This document shows, in pieces, positions 28,786 to 37,995 of a stretch of 64,000 nucleotides of DNA (position 1 is the stretch's first letter; each line of letters starts with the position of its first letter). The notes beneath the pieces are model-generated. The model saw only the letters and a program-made list of their open reading frames with translations. It did not search any database and had not been told where the DNA came from. The position numbers and the translations under genes are program-made. The stretch comes from a virus (lineage: Duplodnaviria > Caudoviricetes): positions 1 through 64,000 of IMG/VR virus record IMGVR_UViG_3300032321_001270, one strand, 5' to 3'.

Positions 28786-29122
28786 GTACGGGGTCTCCGT
28801 CGCGGTCACGTTCGTGCTGAATAATGACTTTGATTCCTGCGCCCGACAACAGCGATATCAAAAGATCCGTGAGCGTCGAGCCACCCATGCCGGCCAGCAC
28901 ACAGATGCCGATCAGGCCGTAGATGTTCTCTGCTTTCCGGTAATTTTGATACCAAATCAGTGCGATTGCCAACCCCAGAAACCCGGCGTTCAGCATGGCA
29001 CTGACCACCGATAGTTTAGACAGTTTCTTGGCAAACCGCAAAAAGGTTGCCAACCCCGCGAACGCCGCGGCGCCAAATGCGCTGAAAAGCACTGACAACG
29101 AATGTAAATTTTCGTTGTCCAT
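28766..29122 (-). CDS. Holin-like three-TM membrane protein
   Basis: Three hydrophobic helices and a charged C-tail. Confidence 0.5.
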   Translation of the reverse strand: MDNENLHSLSVLFSAFGAAAFAGLATFLRFAKKLSKLSVVSAMLNAGFLGLAIALIWYQNYRKAENIYGLIGICVLAGMGGSTLTDLLISLLSGAGIKVIIQHERDRDGDPVHDHDHS

Positions 29123-29406
29123 GATTTTTAACCGCCTGTCCGTGTTGTATTTACGTGCAAAATAAAAATTGTGTCAAAAGCCCCTGCGATCCCCTATCCG
29201 CAGGTCCGTACCCCAACCGAAGTTGAAGTTCCGCAGCAACTTTCAGGGACATAATTTATCCCGTGTGGCATTTGCTGCTCCTCCGCCCGTGAGCCCGACA
29301 AAATCTGACCACGGAACCTGTAACCCCCGCAGCATCCCTGCTTTGGAAGAAACGCCTAACCAGCCGGCCACCACGACTAACTTTTGACACAACACCATTT
29401 TATCAA

Positions 29407-29441
29407 CTTTTATCCGCGCAAGAGCACAGCGCGGATAAAAG
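29407..29441. terminator. Probable (bidirectional) intrinsic terminator
   Basis: Perfect 13-bp inverted repeat CTTTTATCCGCGC / GCGCGGATAAAAG downstream of the 29476 gene. Confidence 0.6.
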
Positions 29442-29475
29442 GATTTCGGCGCTGAATTGTCAAAGAGCGGCGCGG

Positions 29476-29931
29476 CTAAATGTAGCGTGCGGGTTGATTG
29501 CTGCACAGGCCAGCTGGTTCATACTGGTCGAGCCATCCGGGCTGTTCTTCAGGAAACACCGCAATTGAACGCGGCGATAACTCGCGGCCGGGCATTGTCC
29601 AGATAAATTGGGCACTTGTTAACGTTAGCCCATGCTCGTTAGATAGAAATGCGTGACCACCAACATTGCACAGCGCATCCAAAGTGTCAGCGTCGTAGCA
29701 CTGGGACCAAACGCGTTGATTCGAGAAAAAACTGGGCGGGGCGGGATTAAAACCGCCGTCAAAAGGAAGCAAAAAGCTACCTTGATGAAACACCACGTCG
29801 ACACAGACGTGCCAGCCAGCTTTCAGCGCGGCTTGCAAATACTTGAGCCGATTTTCGTGCTCTGGCTGCCGGCCGTCGATGTTGCCGAGATAAGAGATAA
29901 TAATGCCGTCGAAGGCTGCCGTGCGCGCCAT
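29476..29931 (-). CDS. Degenerate glycerophosphodiester-phosphodiesterase-like protein
   Basis: IISYLGN...PEHEN...ALKAGWHVCVDV mirrors the usual IAHRGN...EN...AL..G.DVEIDV pattern. Confidence 0.55.
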   Translation of the reverse strand: MARTAAFDGIIISYLGNIDGRQPEHENRLKYLQAALKAGWHVCVDVVFHQGSFLLPFDGGFNPAPPSFFSNQRVWSQCYDADTLDALCNVGGHAFLSNEHGLTLTSAQFIWTMPGRELSPRSIAVFPEEQPGWLDQYEPAGLCSNQPARYI

Positions 29932-30019
29932 ACATCGTTCCTTGACTTGTTACTAGCCGCCATACGTTTTGCATGCGGCGTATCGTACTCGTGACCCTAA
30001 GCAGTGTCTACGAAACAAG

Positions 30020-31054
30020 TCAAAGAATCTTGGCGGCAATCAGGCAGCCACGCGCGACAGCGTGGAGCGGATCTTTAGCGTGGCGCACTTCTTTCACCGG
30101 CAGTGGAAAACCATTTTCCGCCAGTTTCTTGGTGAACACGTCTACAAAGCCATTAGCTCGTGTCGTTCCGCCGGCTAAAGCTATCAAAATCGGTTCTTTG
30201 AACTTGGGCAACGCCTTGTGGTCGCGCAGCGCAGAAGCTAATTGCTTGGTCGTATAATCAATAAGCCGCTCGTAGTACACGCTCACGGCGGCAAGGATCG
30301 CATTGTCTCCGCCACCTTCGCCGATCACAAAAGTGCCGTGCTCTTTCTCCGCCTGCACGACAGAATCCGGCTCGTTCGTGGCCACGGCGGTCATGCGGTC
30401 GATCCAGTCACCCGATTTGGTCGTGGAAAACAACACCGTGGGTTCACCATTGAGCATCACGCACACATTCACCATGCCGGCGCCCCACGATAAGCCGATA
30501 CCCGTATAGTCGTCGTGCTCCAGTTCCGAATAGCACAGCGCCTCGGCTTCGTTGATGGCCCGCGCGGCATAGCCCTGCTCCGAGAGCACGGTCTTGACTA
30601 CGTCTTCGTGATACGCCACGTCGAAATCGTCGTCTTCTTGGTCGACAGGCTGCGCCGGCACGCAGAAGATCAGCTTTTCGTCGGCTTCGCTCGCACGGCC
30701 TACCACCTCCTTGAGAATGAACGCCAGCACGCGCTTGGCTTCTTTTTCCTTGGGGCTGACCACACCTCGATACATGGGTCGCTTGGCCGAATCATTGCGC
30801 TCGACGGCTTTTTCGATGGCGTCTTGGCCGAGAATGATGAAACTCCCGTCGGCGTCCTTGACGAAGACTTTGCCCTGCAGGCCCTTCTCGATCATCTTCG
30901 TGGCTACGGGTGTCGTCGGCTTGATCACATAGAACGCGTCCCGGAAATCCTTGTATTCCACGTTGCCGACCAGATGCGGATCGGTGGTGGAGTTCGCAGC
31001 GGCGTCTTTTGCCAGAACGATGAACGATGTGCCGACGTCCAAACCTTTAGCCAT
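30020..31054 (-). CDS. Actin-like ATPase (MreB/MamK/ParM superfamily)
   Basis: GLDVGTS (phosphate 1), INEAEA (connect 1), SWGAGMVN (phosphate 2), LAGGTT (adenosine), DPLHAVARG (connect 2). Confidence 0.85.
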   Translation of the reverse strand: MAKGLDVGTSFIVLAKDAAANSTTDPHLVGNVEYKDFRDAFYVIKPTTPVATKMIEKGLQGKVFVKDADGSFIILGQDAIEKAVERNDSAKRPMYRGVVSPKEKEAKRVLAFILKEVVGRASEADEKLIFCVPAQPVDQEDDDFDVAYHEDVVKTVLSEQGYAARAINEAEALCYSELEHDDYTGIGLSWGAGMVNVCVMLNGEPTVLFSTTKSGDWIDRMTAVATNEPDSVVQAEKEHGTFVIGEGGGDNAILAAVSVYYERLIDYTTKQLASALRDHKALPKFKEPILIALAGGTTRANGFVDVFTKKLAENGFPLPVKEVRHAKDPLHAVARGCLIAAKIL

Positions 31055-31056
31055 GA

Positions 31057-31401
31057 TTACTTTCCTTTTAGCTGCGCCAGTTTTGATACGGAAGAATTAA
31101 TATCATCCTGTGTTTGCGTGGTTTTGCCAAGAGCAACGTCCTGCGTCTTCTGCATGCCGCCGGTGTTAATTTCACCGACATATTTGCCAGTATCAATCTC
31201 AATCTTGCCGGCTTTGGGCGTTTTGACGTCCTGCATGGCCGCGCGCAACGTATTGCCCTGTACTGGCGCATACGGTGCTGGTTCGGCGCGCTTGTCACTG
31301 GCCAGTCTCACGTAAAGCAAATCTACGCGGCCGATCACATAGCCAAACGCGAAGCTCAGAAACACCAGCAAAAAGATATTTGAATAGGTCAGGGTAAGCA
31401 T
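31057..31401 (-). CDS. Single-TM protein immediately upstream of the actin-like gene
   Basis: N-terminal TM NIFLLVFLSFAFGYVIG; 2-nt gap to the actin-like gene. Confidence 0.5.
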   Translation of the reverse strand: MLTLTYSNIFLLVFLSFAFGYVIGRVDLLYVRLASDKRAEPAPYAPVQGNTLRAAMQDVKTPKAGKIEIDTGKYVGEINTGGMQKTQDVALGKTTQTQDDINSSVSKLAQLKGK

Positions 31402-31405
31402 GAGT

Positions 31406-32017
31406 CTAGGCGTGCCGGCGCCATCCTTTGTGCGAATGAGACTTTCCATTGGCCACGTCAAACATGTGGCTGTGGGTCAGGGAGTGTTCGCGGCAAAACG
31501 CGCGCATGTTATGAATTATTTTCAGTTTGTTATCCGGTGTGCGCATCTTGTACGTTTTTGCTTTTTTGCGGCGAGTCGTAGCCCCGCCTCGTTTGCGCGC
31601 ATCAGAGAGCTTCGCCGGGGTCATGCCCAACAAGCCGTGACCAAGGGCAATAGCTTTTTTTCCGGCGGCACTCAGTTCGTCGGGTGTGAGAATGAACCTC
31701 CCGGCGATGTTTCTATTTAAGCAAAACTCTGGGCCGTGTTCTTTGTGCGCCGCTTTGATGAGCTTCGTTTCTTGCGCACTAAGCCGGCGGGCGTTGGTTT
31801 TATTCCGACGCTTGTACTCCGCAAACAGAATGACTTTGATGGCGTTTGCTTGATATTCAGGATGCCGCGGCGCGTTATACCGAGCAAACGTTCGAGAAGA
31901 ACCAAAGTATACGTGGTCGTTGTCGGGGTGCTTCGTGGTTATTCGTGAACCGTAATACAACTTGTAGCCAAGGGCTGGATAGATAATTACGTACAAATAG
32001 TGCCAGAAGTATTGCAT
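31406..32017 (-). mobile_element. Free-standing GIY-YIG (Seg-like) homing endonuclease gene
   Basis: YLYVI...LYYGSR...YFGSS N-terminal motif; basic C-terminal NUMOD-like MFDVANGKSHSHKGW. Confidence 0.7.
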
Positions 32018-32081
32018 ACACTGAATCCATTCAGTGCGTTCTGCGGTTAGATCCGTCTAACCGACCAGATATTAATGTAAC

Positions 32082-32459
32082 TTAATTCGGTGGCGTTTCT
32101 AAAATAGGGGACATCTCGCTAATTTTGTCTTCCAGTTCGCGGATCGTACGCCGCAGAGCCGCATGCTCAGCTGCGGAGGCTGTAACCAAATCAGCAATCA
32201 CGGCATTCAGGTGCGCGATTTCTTCATCCGCGGCCGGCACTGTTACCTGCGGCGGCGGTAAAACCTGTACCCTGTCTTCCAGTTCGCGGATCGTACGCCG
32301 TAGGGTGGCGTGTTCTGCCGCGCGGGCGGACACCATACCGGCAATCAGCGCGTTCAATCGGTCAAGTTCGTCTGCTGCGTCGTCGAGCGTTTTGCGGTTG
32401 ACTAAACCGTGCATGGTGCGCAAGGGCCGGCTGAGATGATGACGTTCTTGTTCCGTCAT
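32082..32459 (-). CDS. Coiled-coil protein with an internal 49-aa duplication
   Basis: AEHAxLRRTIRELED occurs twice. Confidence 0.55.
   Translation of the reverse strand: MTEQERHHLSRPLRTMHGLVNRKTLDDAADELDRLNALIAGMVSARAAEHATLRRTIRELEDRVQVLPPPQVTVPAADEEIAHLNAVIADLVTASAAEHAALRRTIRELEDKISEMSPILETPPN
32126..32300. repeat. 28-bp identical direct repeat with 147-bp period
   Basis: TGTCTTCCAGTTCGCGGATCGTACGCCG at 32126-32153 and 32273-32300. Confidence 0.85.
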
Positions 32460-32941
32460 AGTTCGATTTCCTTTCCGTCGCGTAATATCGTCATGCCGAG
32501 TTTTTCCTGCAGCCGACGGTAAATCACGCCAGCTTCTGTAAACATCTGGTCAGCGCAGTCGATGCTGTCCTGCCATGTGCCGTGCGCGGGATCATGTGCT
32601 AACCCCACAACTTCGGTGATACCGGCGCAGATGATCGCCCGGGCGCAATCGGTACAGGCAAACCACGGGCAGTACAGCTTGCCGCCCTTGGTCGAAAGAC
32701 CACGCCGCGCCGCCGTATAAATAGCGTTGCGTTCGGCGTGCTCAATATACATGTACTTCGTCGGTCGTTGGTACCGAGACTGGTCCGGGACGACGCCGTC
32801 CGGGAACGCATTTGCAGCTCCAACCGGCCAGCCGCACGCTGTGACTAACACTGCGCCATTTTGCGTGTGCTGGTCATCAGACTGCGTTTGCGCGATCTCA
32901 ACGGCGAGCCGCAGGTAAAACAAATCAGGATTGGGGTGCAC
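32456..32941 (-). CDS. dCMP deaminase
   Basis: HAERNAI and PWFACTDC zinc motifs; start re-called at GTG after a GAGG RBS. Confidence 0.85.
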   Translation of the reverse strand: MHPNPDLFYLRLAVEIAQTQSDDQHTQNGAVLVTACGWPVGAANAFPDGVVPDQSRYQRPTKYMYIEHAERNAIYTAARRGLSTKGGKLYCPWFACTDCARAIICAGITEVVGLAHDPAHGTWQDSIDCADQMFTEAGVIYRRLQEKLGMTILRDGKEIEL

Positions 32942-33404
32942 AGTAAAAAGCCTCTTCGGGACGGCAGAACCGCACGTACTTTTTATCCACAGTATAGAAG
33001 TCGCACTCGCGGTTTTGTTTCGGATCCCAACGCCGTTCGATCTTCCAGTGCGGGCGCGTATGACCGTATACAACAGCGGCACACGAGCCGTCGCGGTTTT
33101 CGATGACATACGCCAGCGGCGCATCTGTTGCACGATCAACTTTATATTTTTCGTCCACGATCACGGTCGGATACGGATAGCTGGCGGCACACCGAAACAT
33201 CAACTCGCGAACTTTGTGCTCCACGCGGCAACAGATCATAATGTCGCCGCTGTCGCCGTATTTCATCCGTACCGATGAGTCTGGCCGCGTCTGTTGCGGC
33301 GGTACTTCAGCATAAAACCCGACATCACACATCTGCTGCGCAAACGCTGCTACCCGCGATCGACTGGCCGACAAATCACGTAAAAAAGCTGTATCTGACT
33401 TCAT
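32925..33404 (-). CDS. Hypothetical protein, possible PD-(D/E)xK nuclease fold
   Basis: GDIMI...RVEHK spacing. Confidence 0.4.
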   Translation of the reverse strand: MKSDTAFLRDLSASRSRVAAFAQQMCDVGFYAEVPPQQTRPDSSVRMKYGDSGDIMICCRVEHKVRELMFRCAASYPYPTVIVDEKYKVDRATDAPLAYVIENRDGSCAAVVYGHTRPHWKIERRWDPKQNRECDFYTVDKKYVRFCRPEEAFYCAPQS

Positions 33405-33677
33405 CTGGCAGCTCTCCTAAAAATGCGGGCTGGATACTGGCAGCAGATCCGCTCGTGATCTGCTTGTGCTCGTATAACGTAGGGGCGAAGGAGGCGCTTG
33501 GACACGTTTAAAACCCAGCTACCAGTACCCGGCACCACGGCTATCCAAGTGTGGTGCAAACTCTGGGAGGACGACCAGAGTTCTGCGGCGTCACGTCCAA
33601 TTCGGCGCAGAACAGGTGGGAGTACCCTGCTTGCGGCCAGCAACCGGCCACCATGCCGCAACTTTCCCGCAAGTTTT

Positions 33678-34232
33678 TTACTTTGTGTCGCGATCCATCA
33701 TGTTTAACCGTCGGAGCTGCCGCTTGTCGACATCCGCCAGAATGCGTTGGATATGCCGCGCGTCTTCAAAGCTATCTTGCAAATGGTCTTCGTAAAACAC
33801 TTCAAGATACGCGGCTGCAACCCTGTCGTCGAGCGATTTAAGCTGCTGCAGACGTGTTGCATAGTTTGCAACAACTTGGCGTTCCAGCGTGTGCGCCTCG
33901 ATTAAGATATCTTCAACGCGCGTGTATGTTGGAAACGGGTGTCCGCCGGCGCAAGGTTGAACAAAATCAAACCCGTACAGGCAATCCAAAAATTGCTGGA
34001 CATGCTGCAGCTCACCCTTGGCCGCGTCGGTTAAAAACTCTTTGTACTCTTCCGCGTGCAGGCCCGTGACGGCGCTGGCGTGATAGAGATAGAACTGCAG
34101 GTGCGTCCATTCATTCTGCAAATCTTCGTTGATCAGGCTGACAAAATCCGCCAACGTGTACATTCCCGGTTCACCTGCAGGTCCGGGTTCACCGCTATCG
34201 CTCGTCAGTCCGAGATCGTCTTCCGTGCTCAT
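33678..34232 (-). CDS. Ferritin/bacterioferritin-like diiron protein
   Basis: LQNEW...FY, GELQH, LERQVVANY, EDARH four-helix carboxylate/His pattern. Confidence 0.65.
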   Translation of the reverse strand: MSTEDDLGLTSDSGEPGPAGEPGMYTLADFVSLINEDLQNEWTHLQFYLYHASAVTGLHAEEYKEFLTDAAKGELQHVQQFLDCLYGFDFVQPCAGGHPFPTYTRVEDILIEAHTLERQVVANYATRLQQLKSLDDRVAAAYLEVFYEDHLQDSFEDARHIQRILADVDKRQLRRLNMMDRDTK

Positions 34233-34759
34233 AGTGCAAACTCCCTTTTGAGATAATCAGCCAGCCGCTCCGCTTGCGGCGTTTCTTCTTTGATGATGGT
34301 GTCGAAGCAGACTTCACCGTATTGGCAAAACACCTGCACGTTGTTCACAAACCAGCCCATATGGTAGCCAAGGGACATAAACCCGCAAAGGCGAGTTGTC
34401 GCCTCTATGTCGAGCACATAGTTCTGTTTAGCAAATTTGTGTTCCCAGTATTCTTTTGGTTGGCAGTTAATATGTCCGTGCCCGCCCTGACCCGGTTGCG
34501 CGGCGCTAAAAATAATCGTCGGCGCCGTGGCCACGAGCTTGGAAACAAACGTGTCAGCCAGTGACTCGTCGATGTGTTCCGCCACTTCCAAACACAGGCA
34601 GATGTCGTAGTTTCTGTACATCTCAAACTGCGGGTGGAACACGCTCAGTTTGTCATACGGGCAGCGCGGATCGGGGTCGACGCCGTCCGCCTGCAGGCCC
34701 AGCTGGCGTAGCGCGGTAACATAGATTCCGGGGCCGCAACCGACGTCAAGAATCCGCAT
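34229..34759 (-). CDS. Class I SAM-dependent methyltransferase
   Basis: MRILDVGCGPG; CLEVAEH; GHGHINCQ; GGAGG RBS. Confidence 0.8.
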   Translation of the reverse strand: MRILDVGCGPGIYVTALRQLGLQADGVDPDPRCPYDKLSVFHPQFEMYRNYDICLCLEVAEHIDESLADTFVSKLVATAPTIIFSAAQPGQGGHGHINCQPKEYWEHKFAKQNYVLDIEATTRLCGFMSLGYHMGWFVNNVQVFCQYGEVCFDTIIKEETPQAERLADYLKREFAL

Positions 34760-34846
34760 GCTGTCCTCCATTGTGCGACATGCCGCATTAGGTGGGCAAA
34801 GTGTATCGCACCCCCTGAAAGCAGGCAATAGAAACGCACGAACGAG

Positions 34847-35554
34847 TTACAGCTTTTTTAAGATAGCCGCCACGAGTGGATGACGCACGACATCACTGTG
34901 GGCAAACTGCACAACATCAATACCCGAAACACCCTTGAGCTTCGTGACGACTTCATTCATGGGCGGCGGCGAGATTGGTAAATCAGTCTGCTGCGGATCA
35001 CCGGTCACAACGATCTTCGAGTTCTGCCCAAAGCGCGATAAAAATAACTTAAACTGCGTGTACGTGGCATTCTGGGCCTCGTCAAACACGCAGATGCTGT
35101 CGTTGAACGTGCGGCCGCGTAAATAACACAGCGGCGCCAGCACAATGGCTTTATTTACAAATTCGCGCTTGGGGCCTAACTTACCCAAGAGCGCGTCCAT
35201 GGTGTCGTACAGCGGCTGCATGTACGGATTGACCTTCTCGCCGAACGAGCCCGGAAGATAGCCGAGCTTTTCGCCGGCGTCCACGATGGGGCGCGTCAGC
35301 ACAATCTGGCTGGCGCGCTTGGCCAGAATCTCGTTGATGGCAAAGGCCATGGCCAGAAACGTCTTGCCCGAGCCAGCCGAGCCCAGCAAGAACGTGATGT
35401 CGTTCTCTTGCAGCGTTTTCCACGCGCGTTTCTGGGCTTCGGTGCGCCACTCGATATCGCACGGCGTTAATTGGGCTTTTGCTTTTTCCTGTTGATCTTG
35501 TTTTCGCTTAGCCTTCTTCTCGGCTCTCCGCACATTCCTTTGCTTGACAGCCAT
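34847..35554 (-). CDS. phoH: PhoH-like ATPase
   Basis: GSAGSGKT, LTRP, LGYLPG, RGRTF, DEAQN, TGDPQQTD, VVRHPLV. Confidence 0.92.
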   Translation of the reverse strand: MAVKQRNVRRAEKKAKRKQDQQEKAKAQLTPCDIEWRTEAQKRAWKTLQENDITFLLGSAGSGKTFLAMAFAINEILAKRASQIVLTRPIVDAGEKLGYLPGSFGEKVNPYMQPLYDTMDALLGKLGPKREFVNKAIVLAPLCYLRGRTFNDSICVFDEAQNATYTQFKLFLSRFGQNSKIVVTGDPQQTDLPISPPPMNEVVTKLKGVSGIDVVQFAHSDVVRHPLVAAILKKL

Positions 35555-35619
35555 AGCGACTCGCTTTCGTGGTGAAAGTCATCGTGTGATTATGTTACCT
35601 GTATCGGCACGCCTCCTGT

Positions 35620-37845
35620 TTACATCTGCGGACCGGACGGCATGCCCGGCGCCTGATCGTAGTAAAACGGGTTGCGCACATTGGGCACGTACGACCGTGC
35701 CGTTTGCGCTGCGTTGTTCACGCCGCGGCGAACATTGTTTGCGGTGTTAACAACGCTGTTTCGGGCTGTGCCGTATGCGGTACCGGCGGCATCGCCGATT
35801 GCTGAGCCAGCGGTATTGAACGCGCTACCAATCAAATTTCCGGCTGAACTCGCAGCGTTTCCGGCTGAACTTGCGGCGTTGCCAACGGCGTTGCCAGCGG
35901 ACGATATGGCGTTGGTCACGCCCTGCACACCAGCGCCAATGTCGTTTGCGGCTTGATTGTAAATATTACGACCAAACTCTTGCGCGTGATTCACATATGG
36001 CTGCGCAGGCGACGAGTTTCCAAGGCCATATGCGCCAGCCCCGGCTAACATCGTGGCGCCAAGCGGACTCTTGTTTGCGACATACCGCGCACCCGTGCCG
36101 GCCCCGCGGGCCACGGTACCGGCCCCCTGCATACCGTAGCCGAGCGCAGCTTGTGCGCCGCCGGCCATCGTCTTGGCAGCGCCCATGCGTCCGCCCTGCT
36201 GCAGGCCGCTGCGGGCCATGTTTACGCCGCCCTGCGCGAGCGTGTTTCCGCCGCTTGTCATAGCGCCGCCGACCATTTGCGCACCCCGACCGACACCAGA
36301 CACGCCTTTCTGCGCCGCGGCTCCAACCGCGCGGCCTGCGCCGGAAGCCATGCGACCCACCCCGCGAGCAAGTGCCCCAAGCGGTACGGCTACTTTTTCA
36401 TGCGGCTGCTGGTTGTTCTTTGCGTCAGTCGGCACCGGGCTGTTTGTTTCGCGTTGCTTGTCGTCGATCATCTTTTTGCTACCACGCGATGACGGCTCTA
36501 GCGTCATCTGTGTTTTACCGCGAGCAGCACTCGACACAGCTTTCTTCTCTTTCTTGTCTTTCTTCTTCTTGCTACGAGCTGGCCGGCACGAGTCTTCGCT
36601 GTACGGCTTCTTGCCCGGCACCGGTTCGTAACCAGCCCAGCACCGCGCAAACTTCTCGCCAAACTCGCGCGCAGAACCCTGCTTGACGCCATTCGTGCTG
36701 CTGGCCTGTAACTGCGGCATCAGCTGCTCGATGATATTGCGGTTGTGCGTCAGGAAGTCATACGTTTGCCGGCCCTGTTCGCTGCTCATGTTGGGATCGC
36801 GGCCCATGAGCATCGTGGTGCCGAACTCTGGACTTAACTTGCCCAGCGCGTTGATCTGATCCATGGGGTTATTGCTGTTTCCGCCGCCAAGCATGCTGTA
36901 CAGGCCGTTGGCGCCCTGTCCAACCAATCGCCGCGGGCCGTCGCCGAACATACCGGCTCCTGCAGCGCCTAAACCAGCCGCACCCAGACCAAGCGCACCC
37001 ATCGCGCCACCCAGTCCGGCATTGCCGCGGCCGCCCATGTATGCGCCAGCCAAGGCCAGCGGAACACCGGCGCCAATCGCGTAGCGCGCTTCGATCGGCA
37101 GGCTATTCCACATGCCCATCAAGCCGCCGCCGTGCCCAGCTTCAGCGTGCTGGCCCTGCATAAGCTGCGTGTTCAATTGTTGGTTATTGATATTTGCCGT
37201 CGACGGCTCAGCGGCGTCATTGCCGCCCAGACCTAAAGCCTGACCGCCGTAATGCAAACCGGCAGCGCCGGCGCCAGCGCCAACTGCAAGGTTCAGCGGA
37301 TTGCGCGCATTCGTCATCGCCGACGTGCCGCCACCCAGATAGTCAGGAATGTTTTTGGCCATCGCTTGCGTGCGGCCCAGCGTCTGATCGCCGAAACGTT
37401 GTCCGGCGGCGCGCGCATCACGACCCATGGCATACTGCGCCAGATCGTCAGCTTTGTTTAGGCCGCGGCGCGCTGTATTCATGACGCCCTGACCGAGACC
37501 GCCGACAGCGTCCAACGCACCACCAGCTAACTGACCCGGCGTGCCGTGATACAACGACGCGGCCTGTCCACGGACTGCACGGCCCGCCGCTTCCATACGA
37601 CTAGGTGCCGCGGGCTTGGCCGCCAGCGGCACGGCTTTGTAGCGATCTTTCAGCGGAATGGTCAGCGGATCTACAACATTTTTTTGCATACCGCGCGAAA
37701 AACCACGTGTCGCCGCTGTGCCTTTTGCTGCCGCTCGCTGCGCTGTGCGCCTGACGGCATCAACGCCCTTGTTCACGTACTGGCCGACGTTAATTGCGTC
37801 TTTTTCCATTGCACCAGTAAGTTGACCAAATTCATAAGGCGTCAT
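35620..37845 (-). CDS. Large Gly/Ala-rich virion-associated protein with MTPYEFG leader and a CWxGY module
   Basis: MTPYEFGQLTGAMEKDA start; internal SAREFGEKFARCWAGYEPVPGKKPYSEDSCRP; several GxxxG hydrophobic stretches. Confidence 0.6.
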   Translation of the reverse strand: MTPYEFGQLTGAMEKDAINVGQYVNKGVDAVRRTAQRAAAKGTAATRGFSRGMQKNVVDPLTIPLKDRYKAVPLAAKPAAPSRMEAAGRAVRGQAASLYHGTPGQLAGGALDAVGGLGQGVMNTARRGLNKADDLAQYAMGRDARAAGQRFGDQTLGRTQAMAKNIPDYLGGGTSAMTNARNPLNLAVGAGAGAAGLHYGGQALGLGGNDAAEPSTANINNQQLNTQLMQGQHAEAGHGGGLMGMWNSLPIEARYAIGAGVPLALAGAYMGGRGNAGLGGAMGALGLGAAGLGAAGAGMFGDGPRRLVGQGANGLYSMLGGGNSNNPMDQINALGKLSPEFGTTMLMGRDPNMSSEQGRQTYDFLTHNRNIIEQLMPQLQASSTNGVKQGSAREFGEKFARCWAGYEPVPGKKPYSEDSCRPARSKKKKDKKEKKAVSSAARGKTQMTLEPSSRGSKKMIDDKQRETNSPVPTDAKNNQQPHEKVAVPLGALARGVGRMASGAGRAVGAAAQKGVSGVGRGAQMVGGAMTSGGNTLAQGGVNMARSGLQQGGRMGAAKTMAGGAQAALGYGMQGAGTVARGAGTGARYVANKSPLGATMLAGAGAYGLGNSSPAQPYVNHAQEFGRNIYNQAANDIGAGVQGVTNAISSAGNAVGNAASSAGNAASSAGNLIGSAFNTAGSAIGDAAGTAYGTARNSVVNTANNVRRGVNNAAQTARSYVPNVRNPFYYDQAPGMPSGPQM

Positions 37846-37995
37846 GGGTTTGTTCCTGTGTTGCTTCTGGTTTTGATATTTTTTCGGGGTACGTGCAGCG
37901 GCCGCCTTCGCAGCAGGTTTCAAGGATGATGCGGCAAAACGGACACACCAGTTTGCCGCGGATCTCAATCGCCGGGCTTTCGCACAACGGGCACA

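Noticed and set aside
29243-29506. 87-aa ORF
   Set aside because: No RBS, crosses a terminator hairpin, no recognisable motif
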